From Leucoraja erinacea (Eukaryota), in NCBI RefSeq assembly GCF_028641065.1, contig NC_073414.1, positions 3,162,001 to 3,226,000 on the forward strand: a stretch of 64,000 bases of DNA, read 5' to 3'. The notes under the pieces are model-generated. The model was not told the origin of the DNA. It saw nothing but the letters and a program-made list of their open reading frames with translations, and made no database searches. Positions 27,801 through 39,400 of this stretch are shown here, in pieces (the first letter of the stretch is position 1; every line of letters starts with the position of its first letter). A program made the position numbers and the translations under genes.

Positions 27801-28692
27801 TATTCTTTTACATAATAAATACTGGAAGGAAAACGTTCAGTAGAGTTAGTCCCTGGTGAGAGAAGGCAGGTACAGGATACTGAGTTGGATGATCAGCCGT
27901 GATCATATTGAATGGCGGTGCAGGCTCGAAGGGCTGAATGGCCTCTACTCCTGCACCTATTGTCTATGTTTCTATGTTTGCTCCCCACCACACACTAAAA
28001 TATAGGAAAATGGGGTTATCACAAATGGGGACCATGGTTGCCATCATCAAAGACCCTTACCACCCATCGCATGACATTTTCTCCATCCTGCCATCTGGGA
28101 AGAGGTACAGGAGCATTAGCTGCAAAACCAGCAGGATGCTCCTCAGCTTCTTCCCACAGGCTATAAGGCTGCTAAATGGACTTTGCCCCCTGCCAAGTAT
28201 CGCTCACAAACCCCCACACTGCAGCAGAGCCACTGTTGTGCCGCTGCCGGTCGGAACGCCTGTTGAATGTCTAGTAGAGTGTTAAATTTGTTCATGATAC
28301 ATGTATTTTTATTTTTTTTTCTATTTATTTTTCATGCACACTGAATGGACACTGGTTGAGCAACGTTTTTTTTGTTTCCTCTGGGTATGCGAATACTCAG
28401 GAAATGACAATAAAGATATACAATACAATACAATACAATCCTGATTTGCTCTGGCCTTTTCCTACCTCCAATTCCCCACTCTCCCCTCTACTCTCAGTCT
28501 GAAGAAAGGTCTTGACCTGAAAGGTCACCCATTCCTCCTCTCCAGAGATGCTGCCTGTCCCGCTGAGTTACTCCAGCATTTTGAGTCTATAATTTTAGGC
28601 TCCATGTGTTCCAGACCTCTCTAGGCCCCAGAGCTACATCATCCACAGACTGCTTTACCTTCCGCCAACTCCGCACTGTGTTCCCCGTCCAT
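18763..28692 (-). CDS. CCDC97: Coiled-coil domain-containing protein 97, complete spliced gene, 5 exons, 359 aa
   Basis: Exons 28659-28692, 25302-25850, 22476-22715, 21272-21401 and 18763-18889 total 1080 nt in phase. Motifs: [90 protein letters not shown]. Confidence 0.95.
21272..21401 (-). CDS. CCDC97: CCDC97 exon 4
   Basis: [42 protein letters not shown]|gtaac. Confidence 0.93.
22476..22715 (-). CDS. CCDC97: CCDC97 exon 3
   Basis: [24 protein letters not shown]...EEEEDEDE. Confidence 0.93.
22830..23285 (+). mobile_element. CR1-like LINE 3' fragment
   Basis: Degenerate [22 protein letters not shown] motifs and typical tail. Confidence 0.75.
24205..24530 (-). mobile_element. CR1/HER1-like LINE 3' fragment
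   Basis: Reverse complement of the 191-581 family. Confidence 0.85.
25302..25850 (-). CDS. CCDC97: CCDC97 exon 2
   Basis: Overlaps ORF 25285..25815; ccctag acceptor, AAAG|gtgat donor. Confidence 0.9.
27117..27977 (+). mobile_element. CR1 3' fragment with nested insertions
   Basis: [28 protein letters not shown]; tail split at about 27481-27858 by other elements. Confidence 0.85.
28035..28440 (+). mobile_element. Rex1/Babar-like non-LTR 3' end with (ATACA)n tail
   Basis: [45 protein letters not shown], then AATAAA and microsatellite tail. Confidence 0.75.
28659..28692 (-). CDS. CCDC97: CCDC97 coding exon 1 ([11 protein letters not shown])
   Basis: gcgATGG Kozak context, donor G|GTAAAG, phase 1 matches exon 2. 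Confidence 0.75.
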
Positions 28693-29950
28693 CGCCTCAC
28701 ATTTTACCCGCGGCCGCTTCTGTTTTCGCTCCAGTTATTATTCAACAACAACAACCAAAAAAAACCCCACACACACACACAGTTTAAGTCCAACGTTTAA
28801 CAGCACGGAATCCAAAGCTGCTCGTACAGTTTCCACCCGTCAACAAGCTCCGCGCTCGGACCAACTAATTGCCGCTGTGAAGTTCCTGCCTCCGAGCACA
28901 CATTAATTCAGAGTCCAGCAGTCAAGAATGTTTATATCAAAGATCTTATAGAGGCAAATTATTATAAATAGCGGTGTCTATAAGATATTTGGTTTATATG
29001 TCCCAGATAGAACAATTAAATTCTTACATGCAGCAGCACAGTAGAATATATAAACATTGTATTGTATTGTATTGTAAATCTTTATTGTCATTTCCTGAGT
29101 ATTCGCATACCCAGAGGAAACAAAAAAAACGTTGCTCAACCAGTGTCCATTCAGTGTGCATGAAAAAATAAATAGAAATAAAAAATACATGTATCATGAA
29201 CAAATTTAACACTCTACTAAACATTCAACAGCCTTAGAACATAGAACTCTGTAAACAATATAATAAACGAGAAAAAAAGCTCAGTGTGTGTATATACAAA
29301 CATATATATACACACACACACAAATATATATGTATATACACAAACACAGATACATACACATTAAAAAAAAAACAATGATATAGTACAAAAAGTACAAAAA
29401 GTAAAGTACAAAACCAATGTCCCAAAGTATATAAGGTACACAAAAATGCTGGAGAAACTCAGCGGGTGCTTCCTCTATCCCAAAGTATATAGTTCAGAGG
29501 TACACAAAATTGCTGGAGAAACTCAGCGGGTGCAGCAGCATCTATGGAGCGAAGGATTTCCTTCGCTCCATAGATGCTGTTGCACCCGCTGAGTTTCTCC
29601 AGCAATTTTGTGTACCTTCGATTTTCCAGCATCTGCAGTTCCTTCTTTAACACATATATAGTTCAGAGCTTGTTTGGAGGTTGCAATGCTTAATAGCTTG
29701 GTGGCTGTTAAATGCACATTGTATTTTTTTTTTTAGGTGTTTTAAAATAAATAACAAAGAATATAATTTCACAATTTATGCACTTTGTGTTCTTGTAAAT
29801 CCTGTCACTTCTGTTGATAATTAGTTTACATCGAACCATTGAAATTGGTGGCACTAAGGGAGGCCATTTGCTCTTTTATGTTCTTAAAGATTTAAAGAAA
29901 ATGCAATAGGCTGATCGCTCTCCCTAGCTTTGGTTTGTGCTCCATACTCC

Positions 29951-30272
29951 TATAGAAACATAGAAACATAGAAATTAGGTGCAGGAGTAGGCCATTCGGC
30001 CCTTCGAGCCTGCACCGCCATTCAATATGATCATGGCTGATCATCCAACTCAGTATCCCGTACCTGCCTTCTCAGATTCAATTTCAGATTCAGATTCAAT
30101 TTTAATTGTCATTGTCAGTGTACAGTACAGAGACAACGAAATGCCTTCTCTCCATACCCTCTGATCCCCTTGGCCACAAGGGCCACATCTAACTCCCTCT
30201 TAAATATAGCCAATGAACTGGCCTCAACTACCCTCTGTGGCAGAGAGTTCCAGAGATTCACCACTCTCTGTG
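29951..30272 (-). mobile_element. CR1 3' tail interrupted by a short insertion with 9-bp TSD
   Basis: TGCCTTCTC duplicated around (TTCAGA)n-ATTTTAATTGTCATTGTCAGTG; same insert at about 14360. Confidence 0.75.
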
Positions 30273-30559
30273 TGGGAATAGACAGTCAGATCTTTTCTCC
30301 CAGGCCAGAGAAGTCTTGAAACTAAACAGGTTTAAGGTGAGAAGGGAGAAATGAAAAACAGATATCCTTTACATTTCTCCCTTTTCACCTTACACCTGTT
30401 TAGTTGGTTATCTGGAAGTAACTGCTCGAGAACTCCTGCAATGGAGGCAGATACAAATGCAACATTTTAAAAGGTTTGTGGACAGGTATTGAGATTGGAA
30501 AGAGGGGGTTAGTAATCCCTTAATACAAGTGAACACAAACAAGCAGGTGTGTATGACAG

Positions 30560-31340
30560 ACAGGGTCCAGGGCCAATGAGACGCGGGAATGACTGGATGG
30601 GGGCGGGACCTAGACGCAGACAGAACCCGGAAGTGGGCGGGACGTGCAGCCAATGTGAATGACAGACGGGACCGCAGGCCAATGAGACGCGGGAATGACT
30701 GGATGGGGGCGGGACCTGGACTCAGACAGAGCCCGGAAGTGGGCGGGACGTGCAGCCAATGTGGATGACAGACGGGACCGCAGACCAATGAGACGCGGGA
30801 ATGACAGGATGGGGGCGGGACCTGGTCACACAGTGACAGTGCCCGGAAGTGGGCGGGACGTGCGGCCAGTGTGAATGATTGACAGGGACACGGACCAATG
30901 AGGACGCGTGATCGGCAGGACTGACAGACATGGGCGCCGACCAATGAGACGCGAGGTCGGCCGCCGGGGAGGCGGGACAGACGTGACGGACAGGCGCAGT
31001 AACCAATGGGACGCGAGGAAGAGGAGATGGGGGCGGGCTGTGTGACGTCACACACTGGGGGCGGATCTTTGGCCCGTGCGGCGCGGAGTGGGAGGCCCCG
31101 TGCCACTGCAGGGTGACGGTGACGCTGGCGTCGAGTGACTGAGGCGACGGCGGAGAGAGCGGCAGCGGCAGCGGCAGCGGACGGAGCCGAGCCACGGTGC
31201 GAGCGGGGCGGCCGGGGGCCGGGGAAAGACTCGCGGATCGGGCCTAGATGTCTAGGCCCGGCGGGCAGCGGCTGGGCCTCGGGGTCAAGTCTGGGGCCTA
31301 GGCCCTGTGGGGGTGGAGCGGACACCCCACACTGGGGTTA
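30560..31340 (+). promoter_or_regulatory. CpG-island promoter and probable non-coding exon 1 of the SRSF5-like gene, with tandem CCAAT/GC-box/ETS modules and a CRE
   Basis: Repeated CCAAT, GGGGCGGG and CCGGAAGT (30627, 30733, 30843); TGACGTCA at 31043-31050; candidate donor CACG|GTGCGA near 31196. Confidence 0.8.
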
Positions 31341-31499
31341 GGGGGGAGGGGCGACCTCTCGACCTCAGCACCTCAGCGTTTAACTGCTGTGTTTTTCCCC
31401 CCGAACCTTCTGGACGTTGCTCTTGTGTCCCGTTCTGTTCCCCTTGTGTTCACAACACAACAACATCCTCCCCCTCCTCGCCACGGCTGTTGCCCTTTT

Positions 31500-31865
31500 G
31501 TACCTCTCCTCACCTCCCTATCCTCTCTCCCTATCAGTATCCCCCTCTATCTTCTCCCCCTATCCTCTCCATCTCTCTCCATATCCCCTCTCTCTCTCTC
31601 TCTCTGCCCCCCCTCTCTATCTTTGTCCCCCCTATCTCTCTCTCTCATCTCCCTCTCCCTCTCTCTATCCCCCCCCCCCCTCTCTCTATCTATCCCCCCC
31701 CCCCTCTCTATCCCCCCCCCCTCTCCCCCCCCCTCTCTCTCTATCCCCCCCTCTCTCTCTCTATACCTCCCCTCTCTCTCTACCCCCCCCCTCTCTCTCT
31801 CTATCCCCCCCCCCCTCTCTATCCCCCCCCCCTCTCTCTCCATCCCCCTCTCTCTCTATCCCCCC

Positions 31866-31900
<35 letters not shown>

Positions 31901-32255
31901 TCTCCCTCTCCCTCTCTATCCCCCCCCCTCTCTATCTCTCCCCCCCCTCCCTCTCCCCCCCCCCCTCTCTATCCCCCCTCCCTCTCTCTACCCCCCCCCC
32001 CCCTCTCCCCCCCCCCCTCTCTACCCCCCCCTCTACCCCCCCCCTCTCTCTATCCCCCCTCTTTCTCTCCCCTATCCCTCTCTCTCAGTATCCCCCCCTC
32101 TCTCTCAGTATCCCCCTCTCTCTCTCAGTATCCCCCCTCTCACCCCAATCCCCTTCTCTCCCCTATTCTCTCTCTCTCTCCCCCCTATTCTGTCTGTCTC
32201 CCCACTACCCCCCCTCTCCACCCTATCCTCCACCTACTTCCCCCCCCCCCCCCCG
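31500..32255. repeat. Polypyrimidine (C/T) low-complexity tract in SRSF5-like intron 1
   Basis: (CTCTCTATCCCCCC)n-like, about 750 bp. Confidence 0.9.
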
Positions 32256-33332
32256 GTCTTTCATATATTAGTCGTTTCGACCACACTGACACCATTTTTA
32301 ACCCCGTTTTAAAAAAATCGGGAAAACACCCAATATTTCCCCCCTTTTTTTCTCCTCCCCTCACCTCGTCAAACTGAAATCACCACCATCCGTCTAGAGT
32401 AACACCTTTCAGTAACGATGATTTCTCTCTGTGTGAGATTTAACCCGTTTCGTTTTTTTACGAGGCAGACTTGTTAAAGTTACATCTTTCACGGATTTTG
32501 CAGTCTGATCCCTTTTTCAAAAAAAAGTTTAAAAAAAACGAGTAGTCAAAGCTGAGTTAGCGCTCTGTGGGTTTAAATTCAAATTAAAACAATATTCTAC
32601 CATGTAATGTGACGTTATATTATGTGTTCGCTTGTCTCGCTTTAACCATTCAAAACGCTAATCCGATTTAAAACAAAACTTCCTGCTGGCCACTTCGGGT
32701 TTTTTTTAAATCCTTTCTCTGTCGTGTGTGAATTAAACTTTATTCAAATTGCATACAGAGTTGGGGAAATGTAAATAGTTTGCCTTGTTGAATGGGATCT
32801 TTAGCATTGGCCAATGTTTTGCATTTAATTGCTTCTCCTTCATTGTGTTATCAGGAACAATGTTTCTGGCCTACCTCTTAAAATACTTGTGAAAAAGGCA
32901 GCATTCATTGCCTACAATTGTTATTTTCCTTCAGGGTAACTCCAATTTACCTCTGGGAATATCTCAGGACTTGTATTTGAAAATTAAGAGATTTAAGATT
33001 TGTTACAACTTTTTTGCCATTGTGAATGAATTGCTTGCTTTTCAACTTGTAAATTTCTAGCAATTTCTGAAGATGGTAATTTTTGTTAACAGCTTGTGTG
33101 CAATTGGTGCAATGTAATTGGGCACTTTGCCAGCCTGACCTTATAAGTAGCTTTTTTTTTAAACAAACAAGTCAACTCCATGTGACCAGCGGGCCATATT
33201 CATATTGGATTCATAAGTGATATGGTATTTGGGTGTTTACGTGTGCCACCAGTTCAGTCCTCCCAACATTCTAGCTCTTAATATTGTGTGTTTATTGCAA
33301 TATTCTCCTTTCAGACTATATAAAGTTTCAAA

Positions 33333-33458
33333 ATGAATGGTTGCCGAGTGTTCATCGGTCGCCTGAGCCCTCAGGTGAGGGACCGCGACATTGAAAAATT
33401 CTTCAAAGGTTACGGACGCATTCGTGAAATTGACCTGAAGAGAGGCTTTGGATTTGTG
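33333..33458 (+). CDS. SRSF5: SRSF5-like first coding exon
   Basis: Acceptor tttcag ending at 33314, ATG at 33333, RNP2 VFIGRL and RNP1 RGFGFV, donor gtgagt. Confidence 0.92.
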
Positions 33459-36400
33459 GTGAGTATTTTGCCTTTTTAAACAAGTTTTTGTTCTCCATTC
33501 AACGCAAGTTATTTATTTTTCTTGATCTGTTCGTTGTGTGTTTCATTGCACTTGATGGTTACTTTGTTGCTGCCGTGAAAAGAGTAGGTTTGAGAATGAA
33601 TAGGCAATGGTACTGCAGCAGATGTAACGTCACCAAGATTTTCAACTGCCTCTCAAATGATGCCGTGTTGAGAAAGGTAGCAGAATGGATTAAGATAGGA
33701 TAGTAAAGGCTAATTAGTGAAACAGGGTAAATAGTGGTGCTCTGCGAGAACCTGTAATCGGAAGACACCACCATTTATAATAATTTGAACATGTAGTGCT
33801 TTTTGGGTGAAGGGAATGGGAGGCAATGTGCAAACTGCCACATGTTCAACAGACAATACACTTTTGAGGAAGAATACACCTAACGAGAGTCTGGTGTACA
33901 AATATACTATGGTTTATTTAGAGGGTGATCATTGAAAGCAAGAGGGGACACAATGGAGCTACATGGAACCTTATTTAGTTCAGATTGGGGTCATGTGTTA
34001 GGACAAAAAAAAAAACCATTGGGCATTGGGAGGCAGAGGGGTAAAGACAGGGGCAACCAAGTAGAGGTCTTTGTTATGAAGGAGGACAGACACAAAATGC
34101 TGGAGTAACTCGGCGGGAACAGGCAGCATCTCTGGAGAGAAGGAACAGGAGACGTTTTGGGTCGAGGCCCTTCAGTTATGTAGTGTATTTGGAGGGATTA
34201 CGAAGAACAGTAGTGGAGCTAGATAGAGCCCATCAGTACCAGTGAGTCAAAGAAATTGCAGTTGGAAGTACGGGTGAACCCAGTATTAAACCAGTGGTAA
34301 ATACTTTACCTGCACCAAGGACAGGCATAGATCCCCAATACAGAGCGACCAGTGGGAAATGCCCCCAAGGTGATTTGCATGACATTTCACTTCCTCTGAA
34401 ATTGTATCCAGTAAATTGAACAAGCCGTAAAACACAAAAAAATAATTTTACAATGAGATGATTCTTGAGTTAACTTTGTCTGCACTTGCAGCCAAGATAT
34501 ACAAAGTAATCCATTTGACCAAGGATAACTATATGAGGTGCATTGTATTTTGTTTTAATAGGACTCACTGTTGCCTTGTCAAATAAGTTTCATAGTGGCT
34601 GTTTTGTAGCAAAGGCATGAGTTGTTGTACAAATGTAGTTTTGTGGCAAAGGGAAGAGAAACTTTGCCACAATAAAACGGCATATCATGTGTCAACTGTG
34701 TCTCAATTACCCCTGCGACAGCTTTTGTGTAGTCATTGCTAACTAATTAAGGTCCCCTATTTAATTGAGTACCTTCTTATCGAGTCTACACACAAGTTTA
34801 GAAGTTATTCAGGCAGAGCTGAACACACTGTTCTGCATTTGCACACAATGGTGTCTGTCTTGTCGCGTCTTGTACGTATTGGTGGAAACAGGGACGCGAC
34901 GTGAACGCTCTTTCCTTGACCCCCATTGAGTTGCATAAAGGTGCTGAGAATTCAGGTTTTGGAACTGTAGGATTTTTGCAATCGGAGCAGTTGGTGCAAG
35001 CAGGAAATGTGTCATCCACGTAACTGGTTGAGTGCAGCGGCAACAACTCGAGCTCAGGTCCATCCAAGCCAAAGCAGCAACTCAACAACTGTAGGACATT
35101 TGCTTTCTCTGTCACCGGTCGGCCAGCGCACAGTGGCTGCATTGTGTACCGTTTAAGAATTGTACTTTTGTTGGTCACCAAGGCTACTTCAGCTGCCCCT
35201 TCCAAGCCAATGACCTCTTCAGCCAAGAAGGATAAGGCTTGTAGTTGCAGTCATTGGTTGATGCAGCTTTGTCAATAAATATTATCTTGCATTATGGAAC
35301 ATTTTTCAGTGGGTAGCATGTCACAACGTCAGAAGGGTTTCCGCCCGAAACGTTGCCTTCGCTCCATAGATGCTGCCGCACCCGCTGAGTTTCCCCAGTA
35401 CTTTTGTCTACGTCAGCACTACGAACCACTTTTGGCTGCTCTGATCATCCCCCATCTTCAGGTTGGGAATTGGTTGTTTATATTGATTATCAACTCCATT
35501 CGGCAGCCCTGAATGAAGTTGTACATCAGCCATAGAGGTATGAGTTGGCACCCAAATCTGTAAGGTCAAATCTAGGTGATTCAATGCCTTATCCAACCTC
35601 TGCTCCTGTGGTCCAGTTCCATTTCACAAGTGGTACGAGTTCATTTTTGCTCATCTTTCAAGTCTGAAGAAGGGTCTTGACCCGAAACGTCACCCATTCC
35701 TTCGCTCCATAGATGCTGCATCACCCGCTGAGTTTCTCCAGCATTTTTGTCTACCTTCGATTTTCCACCATCTGCAGTTCTTTCTTAAACACCATGGTTC
35801 TCATGATTTCTGCCTTTCTTATTTGCTGTGTTGAATTGGTTTGAGATCTATGAAAGACATCAACAGTAAATATATATTCCTTTTACAATGCATATATCTG
35901 AACCTGTTTTATTGGACTGATCCAGAATGATGAGTCATTGAAATTTTATGGCACTTAAATTTGAGAACCCAGCTACAGACTACCTGACTCTGTGGTTTTA
36001 TTAGTTCCAATGGTGGAATTTGAACTTATAACAAATGTAAAGCACTTTGGCCAATGAGAGTTGTTTTTTAAATGTGCTATATAAATAAATGTGACTTGAC
36101 GACCTTTGGCTTGCAACCGATCGATATCTGATTTTATGAAGGTGTTCATAAAACATGCTTAAGCATTGGTTTGAACCAAAACCCTGTCTTGTTTAGGAAT
36201 TTGACGATGCACGGGATGCTGACGATGCTGTTTATGAGCTGAATGGCAAGGAGCTGTTCCATGAGCGGTAAGTACTGCAGAATAATCTGTGATTAATTCA
36301 CTACACTAAAAACATCCTGAAAGTGGTCCAAGAATGTCAACATATTTGATGGAATTTGGGCATTTAGCGGTATAGTGGTTGTAGTTCTCATCAATTGCTT

Positions 36401-39400
36401 GTGGCTACTATAAGTGGACCTTCTGGTCATGTCCCCCTCCTAACTTGGTATTAAATATTTGAACACGGGAACATCTGTATGTTGAAGTTGATCCTAATTC
36501 TGGATCACACTGCTAGAATTGCTAGTACTTCAGTTTTGAGAGGTTCAATTTTTACTTGTTTTTTGTTAGCTTATTTCTTAAACAATTCAAGGTTGTGTAG
36601 CATTTCAATTTTGTATCCTTTCTCGTTCGAATGTAATTTTTTCTTTTTGTCCAAACTCCTCTAGGATCACGGTGGAACTGGCAAAGGCACCACCCCGGAG
36701 AGGAGGGGGGCCGATTTGGTGGGAGATTTAATTACTATCGCCCCAGAAGTGAACGAAGCAGTGGACTAAGGTAGCAAATTGATTGAAGTGTGTAAATTAA
36801 GAGGAAGAAGTGTAACCCCTTTCATTGTAACTGCTGTCTGTACTTGATGCCAATGCATCAATTCAGGAAGCTATCCGTAACCAATCTTTCTGATTGCATT
36901 TTCTGCATAGATCTTTGCTCCTTCAATGTTATTGCTTTAAAAAAGAATAATATTCTTGGTGGTGGAGAAATCCATGAACAACGTAGCATCGGTTTTCCTG
37001 TTCTCCATTTGGGGAATTTTATAGCTTGGTCTGAAACCATGGATCTGCTATCCTGCTTCCTTTATCTTCCTTCCTGGCAGCAAGTCACTGTTGCCTGCCC
37101 TGCCCTGCACCCTTGTCTCGTTGTTCTCATCTTTGTCTGCTCGCCATCATTGTCAAATGCAAATCCTGCTCTTTGTTTAAACAACTTTCTCGTGTGTGGC
37201 TTCATGCTTTTGAGCTGCGCTTCCTAACAAATTCCCCTGTAAGCACGTCATCAGCCTGGAATATTCGCTTCCTCCTCCGGCAATTTGAGGATGTTGTAAA
37301 GTTTGTTTTCCTCCCACGAACTGAGAAATGCTAATGGCAAGACCCAGCCACCTGTGCGCTGTTTATGTTTGAGCTTCCTGTCATTTTCTATCTGCTAGAG
37401 TTTTGTTTTCACCCTCCGACCACTGCCAACTAGCAGTAAAAATGAATTGATACATCACCTTTCCTTCATGGTTGAAGGCAAATATTGGCATTCATGTGTG
37501 ATCGTCTAACTAAAAATCCCAGATTGTTGGGGCAGATGCCAGACCCCACTGAGTGCCTTTGTCCCATCTTTCTTTGTTCCTTTCAAGTGATGCTGTTAAT
37601 GTGATTTCAGATATGGGCCTCCTGTTCGCACTGACTACCGGCTGATTGTAAAGAATCTCTCTTCCCGTGTTAGTTGGCAGGTGGGTCAACTTATTTAAAT
37701 ATAAATCTGCAAGAATTGTAACAGACTAAAACTGTAAGAATTTCAGTTTTTCGTGGATGCCTCTGCTTAAACACATGGGTCATAACTTCATAAATATAAC
37801 CCATAGCTTGCTTTACCCTTGAGCCTGGGGAAGCTGTGCGTGCATAATACAAATATTTTGTAGGAATTTGGAGTAGGTCCATTGAGGAAGTTGGGAGTCT
37901 GGTAATGGTAGCCTGTTAAAGGCAGCTCTAACTATTGACCCATTTACTGCATCTTGTTTCCCCAACAAATATCATTGTTCCTTGTATTTGTGGCTTCTGG
38001 GTTACCGCTTAGTGTTCTTTCAACACATTGCATGGACAATTTCCCCGCATCTTATGCAGGTGTTTGTGTGACGTGTATCAACGCAATTTGCTCCAAGGTG
38101 TTTTTGCCACTGCTGTTTTCCTTCCTTAAGTGGCTTGCGAGAGGCGTAGCATTAAAATGCTGCTCCCGGACTTGGTGGAGAATTAACTGCAGTCCACTTT
38201 GCTGCAGCTGGTTAGTGTAAATTGACCAGATAAAACATTGTTGAAGCATTTAATCCATTGCATAACGGCATTCTTGCAACCACAGTTCACGCACAATTTT
38301 AATCTCCTGCCTCCCACCCATTATATGTGCTATTCATGGGGCAAAAAAAAAAGAAAAGCCTCAATGATGAGATTTTACTCTGGGGTGGGGATTGAGGCTT
38401 GTGAGAATGTAATGGTTGGCACCTCCTAACTGTGTCTATTTGCAGCTATTACTGTCTATAGGTAGCTTTGCTTTCCATTCCATGTCAGTTCTGTCCCAAG
38501 CCATAAAAAAGTGTTCCAACCTACGTCAATTACACTTCGAATTATTGCCCCTGGACATTAATTATTATGGAAGAAAGTGCTTCCTGATGTCACTCTGCGC
38601 TAGGTGCTTTGCCACCCCCTCTCTCTCTTTCTCCCTCTCTTTCTCCCGCCTTTGCTTTCTCTCCCGCCTTTGCTTTNNNNNNNNNNNNNNNNNNNNNNNN
38701 NNNNNNNNNNNNNNNNNNNNNNNNNNNNNNNNNNNNNNNNNNNNNNNNNNNNNNNNNNNNNNNNNNNNNNNNNNNNNNNNNNNNNNNNNNNNNNNNNNNN
38801 NNNNNNNNNNNNNNNNNNNNNNNNNNNNNNNNNNNNNNNNNNNNNNNNNNNNNNNNNNNNNNNNNNNNNNNNNNNNNNNNNNNNNNNNNNNNNNNNNNCC
38901 CCTCTCTTTCTCTCCCTCCTTCTCTTTCTCTCCCTCCTTCTCTTTCTCTCCCTCCTTCTCTTTCTCTCCCTCCTTCTCTTTCTCTCCCTCCTTCTTTCTC
39001 TACCTCCTCTTTCTATGTAACAATTCACAATGAATGCTGCATGATACATGTTGGGTTATTTTTGTGAAAATATGATCTTGGGAGGCTGTTGATTTTTAAT
39101 TAAATCTTTTCTACTGAAATCTAATGGTATTCTGCACAAGCTTGTAAAATGAATCGCCATTACATTTCTGAATTGTAAATATTAACGGCTCCAATATTAC
39201 GCCTATTTACTGTGATAATTGTACAAACTGTATAAATCTGATGGTTTGAATATTGTTGGAAATTAATGACCGCTTGACTAAATTTGAAAACCTTTGTTTA
39301 GCAGCTTGTCGTGAGGTCATTGGCATTTTGACCAGGAGTTCCCTTTTCTCGTGTTGTCGCGCCCTGTTTCTGGAATAGTCCCGTGTTGACTAATTTGCCA

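Noticed and set aside
30408-31325. 305-aa minus-strand ORF with internal repeats
   Set aside because: Read-through of the GC-rich tandem promoter array; no recognisable domain.
31307-32377. Three overlapping long Pro-rich ORFs
   Set aside because: Same artefact; all three frames are open across the polypyrimidine tract.
34798-35226. 142-aa minus-strand ORF in SRSF5-like intron 2
   Set aside because: No ATG start, no recognisable motif or splice context; cannot be supported without a search.
36844-37400. ORF-like unique sequence in SRSF5-like intron 4
   Set aside because: Stops in every frame examined and no identifiable family; possibly an ancient repeat remnant.
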